In this document: positions 25,250 through 37,530 of the stretch, piece after piece | How the letters are laid out: the number at the start of each line of letters is the position of its first letter | Position numbering within the stretch: the stretch's first letter is position 1 | Assembly (NCBI RefSeq): GCF_964213995.1 | Contig: NC_135816.1 | Coordinates: forward strand, 20,522,001 to 20,586,000 | Source of the DNA: Mustelus asterias | Taxonomy: Eukaryota | Direction: 5' to 3' | Length of the DNA stretch: 64,000 bases | Program-made: the position numbers and the translations under genes | The notes under the pieces: generated by a model | What the model saw: only the letters and a program-made list of their open reading frames with translations | The model's database searches: none | Told to the model about the DNA's origin: nothing

Positions 25250-25430
25250 TGAAACCAAAAGAGAAAATGCTGGAAAATCTCAGCAGGTCTGGCAGCTGAG
25301 ATTTGACAAAGGGTCATCTTGACTCAAAACTCTTTTCTCTCTTTACAGATGCTGCCAGACCTGCTGAGATTTTCCAGCATTTTCTCTTTTGGTTTCAGAT
25401 TCCAGTATCCGCAGTAATTTGCTTTTATTG
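25250..25430 (+). mobile_element. Fold-back PLE terminal fragment (family 2) with 16-bp TSD
   Basis: Inverted arms tgaaaccaaaagagaaaatgctggaaaatctcagcaggtctggcagc / gctgccagacctgctgagattttccagcatttttctcttttggtttca; TSD attgcttacttccctg; decayed hammerhead ttgacaa-a-gggtc..gactc-aaaa. Confidence 0.85.
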
Positions 25431-25749
25431 CTTACTTCCCTGTTGGGGTGAAGACCAAATTTCTGCAGAGACCTTAACCAACAAAGCACCAGAGCCATGA
25501 ATCCAAAAGTCTCGTCCATGCATCCAGCACCCATCATTTTTGCTGGATGGGTTGGTTGGAGCAGCGGGCAGGGAGGTAGAGGGCAAGGGGGAATGGGACA
25601 CGACATAGTTCACACACCCGCAGTTCACAGAGGAAATGGTACATTTAAAAGTGCAGCTGCCTTCAACCAGAAGCAACTTTCAACACCTAGGGTTTTTGAT
25701 ATATGATTTGTGGGATTTAAGGAAATGGTCGAAACTAATAGAAGCTCTT

Positions 25750-25833
25750 TAGAGAGGTCAAGTACCCTTTTCTCGAGATCATGTACCCTTTTGGAGAGGT
25801 CATGTATCTTTTGGAGAGGTCATGTACCTCTTT
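25750..25833. repeat. Minisatellite, ~4 copies of a 20-21-bp unit
   Basis: Units of gagaggtcatgtacc(c)ttttg. Confidence 0.85.
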
Positions 25834-26134
25834 AAGATTGTGAAGGGAAGACTCCCTTTCCATACATTTTGACTGAATGTATGTAAAAGGCCGATAAGGT
25901 TTATGGAACTTTCAAGCTGTCAAGTCTTTTAAATTCTCGGCCCTTTAAATTTTGAAAAAAATACCTGCTGTGACTCCCAGTTGAAAAAAAAATTACGTTT
26001 GGACTTTCAATAGCTGTTTGTTGACATAAGCTTGAAGAGTATCATGGTAAGATTAGTATTATTTGACTGCTTCCAGAACCAATCATTATTACAGTGGGAG
26101 GCCTATAAGTTCACAGTTTGATTGGCAGTTCCAA

Positions 26135-26400
26135 GTCAGAAGGAGACCATTCGGCCCATTGAGCACTGTCCCAGCCGGCCCTCAACCTCACATATTTACC
26201 CTGCTATTCCTCCTGACACTAAGGGGCAATTTAGCATGGCCAATCAACCTGACCCACATATCTTTGGACTATGGGAGGAAATCTGAGCACATGAAGGAAA
26301 CCTACGCAGACACAGGGAGAATGTGCAAACGTTACACAGACAGTCATCCAAGGCTGGAATTGAACCCGGGTCCCTGGTGCTGTGAGGCAGCAATGCCACC
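26135..26400 (-). mobile_element. HE1-like V-SINE
   Basis: Reverse-complement V-domain and head. Confidence 0.85.
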
Positions 26401-26553
26401 CCTTGGTTATCAGGGGATAAATTAGTTGTCTTTGATTTGGGGCTGTGACTACAAATGTTTAGTTTTATAAATGATAAGCATTTGAAGGAATTTAAATGTA
26501 TTAAATCAAATTTTAATGATGAGAGTGTTTTTTTCAAGAAAGTAATAGATACT

Positions 26554-26871
26554 GGGGCAGCACGGTGGCACAGTGGTTAGCTACCCAGGCCCAGCTGCCT
26601 CACAGCGCCTGGGTTCGATTCCCGGCTTGGGTCACTTTCTGCTTGGAGTCTGCACGTTCTCCCCCTGTCTTCATACGTTTTCTCTGGGTGCTCCGGTTTC
26701 CTCCTACAGTCCAAAGATGTGCGGGTTAGGTGGATTGGCCATGCTAAATTGGACTAGCCAGAGTAAATGCTTGGGATTGTGGGGATAGGGCCTGGGAGGG
26801 ATTGTGGTCGGTGCAGACTCGATGGGCTGAATGGCCTCCTTCTGCACTGTAGGATTCTATAATTCTATGAT
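26554..26871 (+). mobile_element. HE1-like V-SINE
   Basis: Head, V-domain, CR1-type tail. Confidence 0.9.
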
Positions 26872-26877
26872 ACGTAG

Positions 26878-26992
26878 GGCAGAATTTTCTGCCACAGTAA
26901 TCGTAGCGAGCGGAACACGGACCATGCAAAGGTCCGTTGACCTCAGGTGGGATTTTCCGGTCTGGAGTGAGCGTGGCCGGAAAATCCCACCC
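26878..26992. mobile_element. ~115-bp MITE with TIRs gggcagaatttt..aaaatcccaccc
   Basis: Related copies at ~21397-21512, 33372-33500, 39991-40117, 41550-41677 and 59049-59170. Confidence 0.75.
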
Positions 26993-27740
26993 TTGGAACT
27001 TTATGTTATCTCAGCATGGCTCCTGGTGGAGATTGCGAGTTAAACTTGGGAGTGAAAGTTCTGGGCCAATCCTAATTTTGAATGTTCAGGAATTCCTCTG
27101 TCTCTTCATCCTTTAGTTCACTCTTTCTCTTCGCTACAAGCTGCTGACCGATTTGTGCAATAAAAGCCATGTGCATCATTCAGACAGCAAAATCAGGTCC
27201 ACTGTTGCTGTGGTACTGGAGATGCTGTACTTAATACATAAATCAGTTTTGCTAAGTGATAAATGCTGATGCCATTAATTGCAAAGTAAGCAGCCCTCCT
27301 ATTGAATAATATGCACTACCTTTACCATGGGCAACATGTCAATATATTATCCATCAGTAACACACCCTTACAGAGTAGGAGCAAGCCAAACAATATCAAA
27401 TTATTCACTGTTGAATTAATGGAGGGAATAATCCCACATACCTGTTCTGACCACCGAGTCTGGTCCACAATTTGTTTAGTTGCGATAGCTGTATCTTCAC
27501 ATCTCAATTCGCTGCCATTTCATACATCCAATATCATTCCATATTTCCCTTATCTCCTTCTTTAAATGCCACAAGTGACTCTCTGCTACAATTTTCTGAG
27601 TCGATATCCTCCCAAACCGCTCAGTGAAGACTGTTTCCTGGACTTGTTTTTTAACCCGGTTTAGCACTCATCTTTAGATTAAATTCCATTCTTCTGCATT
27701 CTGCCACTAGAGAGGGCAGTTAATCCAATTTACCCTTCCA

Positions 27741-28050
27741 TGGCACAGTGACACAGTGGTTTGCACTGCTTCCTCACCAGTGCCAGGGACCCGGATTCAA
27801 TTCCTGGCTTGGATCGCTGTCTGTGTGGAGTCTGCACGTTCTTCCCGTGTCTGTGTGGGTTTCCTCCGGGTGTTCTGGTTTCCTCCCACAGTCCGAAATG
27901 TGCGCTGGTCAGATGCATTGGCCATGTTAACTTCTCCCTCAGTGTACCCGAACAGCCGCTGGAGTGTGGCGACTAGGGGATTTTCACATTAACTTCATTG
28001 CAGTGTCAGTGTGAGCCTACTTGCGACACTAATAAAGAAACTTTAACTTT
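27741..28050 (+). mobile_element. V-SINE, tail 2
   Basis: V-domain and tail 2. Confidence 0.9.
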
Positions 28051-28842
28051 AATCCAACTGCACACTGACCATTTGGATGAAACATGAAATGGTGACAGTG
28101 TCCAAATGTGTATTAAAATAAAACAATGCAGCTCCTTACTCTTTCCCCTCTTAATCACTGCCAGCTTCTCATTACCATTGTTGCTGTTTTAATCTGTTGA
28201 ATGTTGCATGCTGTGGGCAGATTATACTCACCACTCACTGCCTGTATCTTCCATGTTACAAGCTGCTGGAGGATTTGCACATTAATCACGGTGGCACCCT
28301 GAAAGTCACCATTATTTTGGTTGTACAATCTGGCCAATTAGCTGATCAGTTTTGCACTCTGTCCTGTTTATTTTCCCTCGCATCCGTTTGCTAGCTATTT
28401 AAGTCATTACCTCATGCTGATCACAATATCCCAACATTTGGTAGAAAATAATAACTCTACTGGAACAACGCTCGCTGCCCCTAATGTGCAACTCAGCTGC
28501 ATGGCAAATGATGGTGCAGAAATACTCTATAAATTGTGAATCGTCACCAGTCAGTGGATGATTTTCACTGCTCTGTCATTACAACTATGAAAATGCCTTA
28601 ACCTCCCTGTAAAGTATCATTACCTGTTTAACAGGATGACAATTGTTAATGACTGCTGAACAACCTCTCTCAGTAAGTCAACAATTAAAAGTGTGGGGTC
28701 TCATTCCACAATAATTGCTTTCAATTTAAAACAATGTAATTGCATTTCTTTCCCTTTACTTTCCCGGACCCTTCTTTGTTGACTGATCTTTCAAGTCTCT
28801 CTGATCTTTCTTTCCCTCTCTTTGCTTCCCTTTCTGTGCCTG

Positions 28843-29008
28843 ATTTATTTGGAATCACGAGCTTTCGGAGTGCTACTCCTTCACCTGTTGATGAAGGAGC
28901 AGTGCTCTGAAAGGTCGTGATTCCAAATAAGCCTGTTGAATTTTAACCTGGTGTTGTGAGACTTCTTATTGTGCCCACCCCAGTCCAACACCAGCATTGC
29001 CAAATCAT
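28843..29008 (+). mobile_element. Fold-back hammerhead-bearing element (family 1), 10-bp TSD
   Basis: Inverted partial copy followed by ttgatga-a-ggagc-agt-gctct-gaaa-ggtc-gtga; TSD tgtgcctgat. Confidence 0.8.
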
Positions 29009-29529
29009 GTGCCTGATCTGACATTGAATGCGTTGCACTCAGTTGCTCTCCCGCTCAGTCCTTCCAGGTTACTTTTTAATCCTTAAATCTCATTATGCTG
29101 CCTTTCCCAAGAGTCCCCAAGGTCTTGTTGCCATCATTGCAGTGTCACTTGCTACAATTGATGGCCTGAAGGGTTTAAAACCAAAATGTGCACCAACACA
29201 TATACTATCAGGGCGCTAATGGATCTTCCTCTCAAGAAAGTATGGCATTGTGTTTGAAACATTTGGGCTGTAAATAATGCAAACGTTTGGATGGAATTTT
29301 CTCTTTTTTTTGACGATGCGTCAACTCAGGCAGGAAAAGCCTGCAGCGCAGCTGAGGGGCTACACATTGCTTTTCCTGCCATATTATTTAACAGGTAGTC
29401 AAAAGAATTCCTGGATGTGGGCCCCAAAGCATCACTCTGAATGAGCCCACGCGCCAGCAACCCAGGTCCCTGATGGATCTGACAATCATTAAAAATGAAA
29501 AAAGGACCAAGCCCACCCCCCAAAAGAAA

Positions 29530-29800
29530 GTAGAAAGTTTATTTATTAGTCACAAGTGGGCTTACATTTGCACTGCAATGAAGTTACTGTAAAAATCCCC
29601 GAGTCGCCACACTCTGGGAACACTGAGGGAGAATTTGGCATGGTCAATTCATCTAACATGCACATCTTTTGATCGATGGAGGAAACTGGAGAACCCGGAG
29701 GAAACCCACGCAGACACGGGGGGGGAATGTGCAAACTCCACACAGTGACCCAATCTGGGAATTGAACCCAGGTCCCTGGTGCTGTGAGGCAGCAGTGCTA
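29530..29800 (-). mobile_element. V-SINE, tail 2
   Basis: Reverse-complement V-domain and tail. Confidence 0.85.
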
Positions 29801-30326
29801 CCTACCCTCACCTCCCCCCGCCCTGCCACCCACCCATCCCAATGCTGCACATACCTGTGCCCTCCTGATGGGTTCCCTTCACCAGGTACCCATTTGTCCA
29901 GACCTGTTATAAACCCCACTGATGTCACATCTCACTGGTGTGGGTGATATAGAGGGGAAGTCTGCTAATGACATTTGAATGTATGGTAATGGGGTTCCCA
30001 ACCTTTCATGGCAGGAACCCCATTATGTCATTGGTGGGGGAGGGGGGGTGGGGGGGGGAGGCAGAGGGCAAGGATTATCTCAATGGGAAATTCCACCAGC
30101 GTAAATGCCATTTTGGGACTCCACCCATTCCAGCTTTCCTGCGCACCAAAAACAGGGACAGAAAATTAAATGGTTCTGTTCACCTTCACAGCAGGGACAT
30201 GTCAGCTTCTAACTTCCATTGCACCTAGTTTAAGTAGCTAGTAGAAAAATATTTCAACCTTTGCATATTGTTTTTGAGAATCTACCGTCTTTGTGCAACG
30301 TTCTCTTTTTTAATTTATAAGCTATT

Positions 30327-30540
30327 ATTGCTGAAAAAAGAGACATGTTGTTGAAGCTTTTCCTCTTGCACTTATCAGGATGGATTTGCAAGAATACTAA
30401 ATACAAATGGAACAACAATTTACATTGCATGAGACGAGAATGTTAATTGGTCGGCAAGTGGATCCTGATTAGTAGAAACATACCATGGATAATGCACCAG
30501 AAAACAGTTAACTGCCAACCTTTTGTTTAAATTCAAACTA
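30327..30540 (-). mobile_element. PLE terminal fragment (family 3), inverted relative to 31310-32545
   Basis: Reverse-complement match to 31340-31445 and 32475-32545; hammerhead remnant ctgataa-gtgcaagag-gaaa-agcttc. Confidence 0.7.
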
Positions 30541-30544
30541 AGCA

Positions 30545-30902
30545 TCATGGGATGTGAGCATTGCTGGCTGTGCCAGCATTTGTTGTCCATCCGTAATTGC
30601 CCTTGAACTGAGCTAGGCCCTTTCAGAGGGCATTTCAGAATCAGCCGTGTCGCTGTGAAGTCATATGTAGACCAGACTAGATAAAGAAGGAAGATTTCCT
30701 TCCCTAAGGGATATTAGAGCCAGATGGGTTTTTATAACAATGAGCAATGGTTTCATGGTCATCATTAGACCTTTAATTCCAGATTTTTTGTTGGATTTAA
30801 ATTTCACCATTTGCCATGGTGGGATTCGAACCTGGGTCTCCAGAGCATTACCCTGGGTCTCTGAGTTACTAGTCCAGTGACAGTACCACTGTGCCACCAC
30901 CT
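30545..30902 (-). mobile_element. SINE family B
   Basis: Core and tRNA-like head gggattcgaacctggg (reverse-complement B box). Confidence 0.85.
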
Positions 30903-31099
30903 TCTGCAAGTGACTTTCAGGCTGGCCTCCAGCGGGTTTCCCAATCTGTCATGACGCGCACCAACATTAGATCCCACTGTAAATTCATTATTTTGTAAAA
31001 GCGATTCTTGGGTCTCTTGCTGAATTTTCTTCTCCCCCCCACCCACCACTGAACCAACCAATGCTTGGGAGGATTCAGCCCATAGCGTTCAACCTTAGA

Positions 31100-32545
31100 T
31101 GTGATTTTACAATTAACAGCACCTATTATACAATCCTGATTGTGCTAAGAATGACATCGACAGCCAATTTCAGAATACGAGTCGGACTTGCCTTGTGGTG
31201 GAAGCTACATATATTTGCACAGAGGGCCCTGTCCTTTGCAGGCAGAAGGAATATGTCCACACATTGAGCCATTTTCAACTAAAGAAAAGCTTGGGGGACA
31301 GCAATTCTCATGACAATTCCTTGACCAATCAGAGTCAGTCTAAATGTTTGAATTTAAATAAAAACTTGGCAGTTAACTGTTCCCTGGTGCATCCTCCATG
31401 GCAAGACCTCTACCAATCAGGGTCCACTTGCCAACAAATGAACGCTCTGAATGTGAGGTAATACATTTTGGAAGGTCTAATACAGATCGGAAATATACAG
31501 TAAATGGCAGAACCCTCAAGAGTATTGATAGGCGAGGGGATCTGGGTGTACAGGTACACAGGTCACTGAAAGTGGCAATGCAGGTGGAGAAGGTAGTCAA
31601 GAAGGCATACGGCATGCTTGCCTTCATCGGCTGGGACATTGAGTTTAAAAATTGGTAAGTCATGTTGCAGCTTTATAGAACCTTAGTTAGGCCGCACTTG
31701 GAATACAGTGTTCAATTCTGGTTGCCACACTACCAAAAGGATGTGGAGGCTTTGGAGAGGGTACAGAAAAGATTTACCAGGATGTTGCCTGGTATGGAGG
31801 GCATTAGCTATGAGGAGAGGTTGGAGAAACTTGGTTTGCTTTCACTGGAACGACGGAGGTTGAGGGGTGACCTGATAGAAGTCGACAAGATTATGAGAGG
31901 CATGGACAGGGTGGATAGTCAGAAGCTTTTTCCCAGGGTGGAAGAGTCAATTACTAGGGGGCACAGGTTTAAGGTGCGAGGGGCAAGGTTTAAAGGAGAT
32001 GTACGAGGCAGATTTTCTACGCAGAGAGTAGTGGGTGCCTGGAACTCATTGCCAGGGGAGGTAGTGGAAGCAGATGCGGTCGTGACTTTTAAGGGGCGTC
32101 TTGACAAATACATGAATAGGATGGGAATAGAGGGATATGGTCCCCGGAAGGGTAGAGGGTTTTAGTTCAGTCGGGCAGCATGGTCGGTGCAGGCCTGGAG
32201 GGCTGAAGGGCCTGTTCCTGTGCTGTAATTTCCTTTGTTCTTTGGTTTTTTTGCTCTCTTCTCATGCAGTATCATTTGTTGTTCTCTTTACAATCCATTT
32301 ACAATTCAAAAAGCATTTAAAAAGCATTTAGATAAGTACGTGGATGGGAAAGGATTCAAGGGTTATGGGCCAAACTTGGGCAATTGGAGCTAGCTGGGAG
32401 GGCACATGGTCAGCATCGACGATTTGGGCCGAAGGGCCTGTTTCTGTGCTATATTGCTCTCTGAATCTATGAGTTTTCTTGCAAATCTGTCCTGATGAGT
32501 GTAGGAGATAAAGCTTCAACAACATGTCTCTTTATTCAGCAATAT
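31100..32545 (+). mobile_element. Penelope-like element 3' end (family 3) interrupted by CR1 insertions
   Basis: VEATYICTEGPVLCRQKEYVHTL (ORF 31195) resembles a PLE endonuclease C-terminus; terminal segment resumes after 32245; hammerhead remnant at 32488-32521. Confidence 0.65.
31449..32245 (+). mobile_element. CR1 LINE 3' fragment
   Basis: ORFs 31398 and 31662: CEVIHFGRSN, LYRTLVRPHLEYSVQFW, LERRRLRGDLIE; one in-frame stop. Confidence 0.95.
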
Positions 32546-32990
32546 TCAACCTCTGTGCAACCAAATGAGTATAAGCGATTGCATTTCACTATGAAATCTA
32601 ATTGTTATGATAAATGATTATCTGGTGAGATAGATTACAGCTATCTGCACATCATGTAGAATTTTAGGCGTGCGAAGAAAATGAAAAATTCTAATGAATC
32701 GTTAATGAGAAATGATTTGAAGCTAACATGAGTTGGTCATGATAAATTTGAAGCACAGTCTGGATGTTCCTCACTGTTCCTTGGAGGAGTTGCCTCTGAT
32801 TTCTAATGTGGATGGTCTTTACCCAGCCCATTTTGAATGAAGACCTGGGGTAATTGATACAAGAGGCATGCCATCCTCTTGCGAGGAGAGAAATGAAGTT
32901 GGGCTGTGAGTTGAATTGGTTGCCTCTCTTGTACTCTTGGGTCAGCACTGGGGGGATGTGAAACCGCATTTACTGAAGGCCTGAGGAATG

Positions 32991-33202
32991 GTAAGAAGTT
33001 TCACAACACCAGGTTAAAGTCCAACAGGTTTATTTGGTATCACAAGTTTTTAGAGCGCTGCTCCTTCATCAGGTGACTCACCTGATGAAGGAGCAGTGCT
33101 CCGAAAGCTCATGATACCAAATAAACCTGTTGGACTTTAACCTGGTGTTGTGAGACTTCTTACTGTGCCCACTCCAGTCCAACGCCGGCATCTCCACATC
33201 AT
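32991..33202 (+). mobile_element. Fold-back hammerhead-bearing element (family 1), 15-bp TSD
   Basis: ~86-bp inverted arms 32991-33076 / 33078-33163; TSD gcctgaggaatggta (32979-32993, 33203-33217). Confidence 0.9.
33078..33114 (+). ncRNA. Minimal type I hammerhead ribozyme motif (family 1, best-preserved copy)
   Basis: tcac-CTGATGA-a-ggagc-agt-gctcc-GAAA-gct-C-atga: stem II GGAGC/GCTCC, palindromic AGCT stem III, CUC cleavage triplet; stem I is tcac/gtga in sister copies. Confidence 0.7.
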
Positions 33203-36081
33203 GCCTGAGGAATGGTATTGGTGATGGCTGTGGGTTGGCTTTGGAAGAACTTGCAGTAGAAGAGAATAGAAGAACAAAAATGAGTCATCATCCGATACAG
33301 ATTGGTCTATCTGCGTTATGAATGATATGATCCATAGACGGAACACATAATCAATAAGCAACTGTAACAGAGGGCGGAATTTTCCCATCCCGCCTGCCGC
33401 GGCAATCGCAGCGGGCTGGAGAAAAGATTTGGTGGACTCTTTAAAGGTCCGGCAACCTTGGGCAGGAATTTCCAGCCTTGGGGTTTGAAAATCCCTCGGT
33501 GTACTCTTTTTCAGTGCAATTGTATTGAATGCAGGTTAATTGGATATTAAAACTGATGGAACTTCCTTCCTAATTCATGACTTTTGGCGGATCTTGACTC
33601 TCTGCAGCACTGCCAAAAGGTGGCGAGTCAGCAGCCATTTGTGGATCTGTCAGCATTTTCATTTCCATTGAGAATAATTGAAATAAAAATAAAGAGTGAT
33701 TTAATTAATTTGGGATTCTGACTTGCTGTCACCCATTTTGCACTATCTCAGAAAGCCACGATCTACCCCCTTGCCCTCTCACGAGCAAGAAAAAAGCTAT
33801 CTTAAAACGTATCTTATGTTGACTTGGAACAGTGGAGTTTTGCTGCATCGTGTTGAGGAGTAGAAGTGCCAATTAAGTGCCTCGCCTCACCAGTCCATTG
33901 GTGAAAATATACGCACTTTGAACAGAAATCACAAAAGCTAATTGCTGAATTCCTGTCAGCTAAATATCTGTTACACAAAAACTGTTAGTGCTAAGTAGTA
34001 CATTGTGCTCCTTGAATCTGAAATGATAGTTATGTTTTGATAGTTTATTATCTGACGTGTCAGAACGTTTACATTTCCAACTGAATTAATTAGGTACATT
34101 GTAATATCTAAAAGAAGGATGTAGTGACAGAAAACTGCAACATGCTCTATCAAATGGAACTGTTCATTAACCATCTCGATATCTCAACTGAAGTGGTTGC
34201 ATATTGTGATTACAAGGGCCTTCACATTTATGCCCAATAAGATGTGTAATCCAGACACAAACAAATTACATGGTCGATGAGAATGCAGCAATTCAGACAC
34301 AAGGGAATTTGGCGCATAACGACAATTTTCCCAAGTCGCCTCAAAATCTTCCCCGGAACAAATCTCCACCCAGAAAACTGGCCACATTTGTAAATTCCAA
34401 ATGCATCCTCTAATTAAATTCGTTCGGGGGTTCTTTTTGCATCGCTACTCCATTTCCAGGCGCAGCAGGAGAGAGAATCATTCTTTTGGTGTTTTATCAT
34501 TATTTTGTGAGCGTTTAATCCTTGCTGAGATCAGCTCTGTATTTTCTTTATCTCCTAATGCATTTTTATGGCATAAGTATAAGTCGCATTAAAAATTGAA
34601 AAGCTTCACCGATTGCAGGTTCTTAAACATGCTGTGCCAGATGTGCATGAGTGATGGTTAAATGAGTTGAAAGTTAAGTTTTCATACTTAAAGGGGAAAA
34701 TATATCATGCGAGTTCAGTGCTTTCCTTGGGCCCTGATTGTTGACACAAATTTATGCTTCGTTTAACTTTGGCCATGTTCTAATGAAATTGGCAAACTGT
34801 TTGGGAGTCGCTTGATATCAGCAAAATGGGAGCAATGTAAGGGCCATATTTTTGGGTCTAACTTCTGCGCTGCGTTTAAAGGAGTGAACCTTCGGCCAAG
34901 TTTCGATGCTGCATTCAAAATGTGCTTTGTCAGGTACCACACGAATCAGAAATACATGTTGACAACGCCATTAAACTTATATCCTTCCTCCAAAGGCACA
35001 TCCTAGATTAAGGTATTTTATAAACTCAACAATACATCCTTGGTTTTGTTTTCTCAATTTATTAATACAAACTTGAAATTAGATTCTGCCACATTCATCA
35101 GTTGGGCACTACCTGTCCAATAGGGTAGACAGGAAGAATGCTCTCATTACAAGACCGTGGGTGGAATTTTACAGCCTCTCCTGCAAGTGGGTCCTGCCCA
35201 AAGTTAATGGATTTTTGTTCAGCTCTCTGCATTTTCCTGTGCTGCCCCTGTCATAACGGGTTCACGCAATTCCCACCATATTGATATAGGGATCCAGGGC
35301 CAGCACTTAAAACAGACATTAGCTTCTTTGGCCAGAATGTTACCACACCGTTCACGCCGGCGGGATTTTCCCATCCCGCTGCAGTGAACGGAGATTTGGC
35401 TGGCTGACAAATTCTCTGACCTCGCTGCAGCGGGAATGTGGCATGAACAGCCAGTAAGATCCTGTCTTTTAGAGGCCAAAATTTGAATGGAGACAGCACG
35501 AGCCTATGCGGTATAACTGGCAGTCTCTAACAGAAGCTGGAAGCTGCTACTAAAATAAATTAGTTACTTAAAAAAAATGATTTGGAGTCAAGAAGTGTAA
35601 GAGTGTTCCTCATAGCGCCGTCTGAAAATTACTGATTACAGCCAGTCACTTCTCATCCTGTCCTTTTATTTGTAGTGCAGTCACTCAAAATTCAAAGCTT
35701 CATTTCTGGCAATCTGTCTTGGGACACCCTGGTGTGTGCAGCTCAACACTGGCCTTCCTTCTATCAATGAAAGTTGAGGAACACACAGCAAAGAAATCCA
35801 TTTCACATGGGGTGTCTTCATCTGGTGCCTATGATCCAAGCCCCACTATTGATGTGTCTTTGGCCTATCCATTCAGGTGCAGTGATTGTTCATGGCCAAG
35901 GCTTGCCCTGACGTGCTCTGGACCTGATGGGCCATCTGGACCTGAAGAACAATACTCTGCAGCAGTTATAGAGCTACATGTATTAAATGAGAGGCTGAAG
36001 CTCAGGTTGTTGCCTTTTGTGAAAGAAAAATCAAAGTACCTGTTGGAAATGTATTGAAAAACGTACATATACGAAACCTAC

Positions 36082-36190
36082 ATGGCTTTTGGTGCTGTGG
36101 GATCTTTTGATGAAAATGTGGAGCAATGGAGCTGCTATCTTTGATGTTTTGACTATTTGTTGCAGACAAACAAAATAGTTGAAGATATTA
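36082..36190 (+). mobile_element. Gypsy gag N-terminal relic
   Basis: Translation MAFGAVGSFDENVEQWSCYL*CFDYLLQTNKIVED resembles the FD..E.W..Y..Rf..yf..N.I gag start. Confidence 0.55.
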
Positions 36191-37295
36191 AGGTGCCCAC
36201 GGATCGCCCCCAATTGCCCCTGTCCCCCCAATAGGTCCTGCCATCCCCCCCGGCCCCACCCCCTTGGCATTGCCCGATGCCTGTGCGAGTTTGCCTCTTG
36301 GGCAGTCCAGGGTGCCAGGCTGGCATTGCCAGGCTGGCACTGCTCAAGGGGCACCCCGCCCTCATTTATTCCCCACCTCCTGGGAGGGCCTCAGTGGCCT
36401 CTCTTCACTCCAGCAGGGTTGGCCGCATGTTCCCCCAAGTGGTTGCAAACCTCGCTGGAGTGAACCACTCATGGCAGGGTGGGGGGTGTGGGCGGGGCGG
36501 AGGGGGGAGGCGAGAGGCTAGCGGCCCAGAGACTTCAGTTGATTACTCTTGAAATCTTCGGCTTGGAGATGGGGGCCCAGCGGGAAGCCTGCGCAACGGC
36601 CTCTGCTGATGTCTTTTGGCCCGCCATGCTGCTAAAGCAGCACAGAGGGCCGGGAGAATCACCCCCAGCACCTTTGATGGTGCAGTGGTCTCAGAATTAA
36701 GTTGAAGTGTCTAACTTAGATTGTGTGCTTAAACCTTTGGGTTGGGGCTTGAAACCACAACCCTCTGGGTATGAGGTGAGAATTTGAGCAGATGACCTAA
36801 TCTGACATTGGGTGGGATTTTCCAGCCCCTGCCACCGCAGGGTGATTTCAGGCAGCTGAGGCAGGTCACCATTGATGCCCTTGTGGGATCACCTGGTCCT
36901 GCCGATATCTACCCCACTACCCATCTTGGGGAACCAAGGAGATGGGGGGGGGGGGGGTAGGATTTTTTTTGGCGGGATTGGAAGATCCCACCAACTGGAA
37001 GGGTCAGAAAGTCCCACCACACAAAACCATCGGCAGAATTTTCCATTCCTGCCCAAGTCAATGGAGTTTCGAAAGGCTCGCCTCAGTTTTCTGCCCCGTC
37101 CTCACCATAAAATTCCGCCCAATAAGATTACACTCACACGGCGCGATGTTACCTGCCATTCATACTACGCTCCTGCTGCAGCGAGGTCGGAGACGTTGGC
37201 TGCCCGTTTACTGCAGCGGGATGGGAAACCCCACTGGCATGAACGGTGATAGGATTCTGGCCAAAATGCACAAAGGTGAGACACACCAGTGTTTC

Positions 37296-37530
37296 ATAGA
37301 AGCATAGAATCCCTTCAGTGCCGAAAGAGGCCATTCGGCCCATTGAATCTGCACCGATAACAATCACACCCAGGCCCTATTCCCGTGTATTAACCCCATT
37401 AATCTCCCTGACACTAAGGGGCAATTTAGCATGGCCAATCAACCTAACCTGCACACCTTTGGACTGCGGGAGGAACCGGAGCACTCGGAGGAAACCCACG
37501 CAGACATGGGGAGCATGTGCAGACTCCTCG
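37296..37530 (-). mobile_element. HE1-like V-SINE, 5'-truncated
   Basis: CR1-type tail and V-domain. Confidence 0.85.

Noticed and set aside
25750-25833. Short repeats here and at 53273-53341 as a possible CRISPR-like array
   Set aside because: Tandem units without unique spacers, or only two units; eukaryotic context with no cas genes
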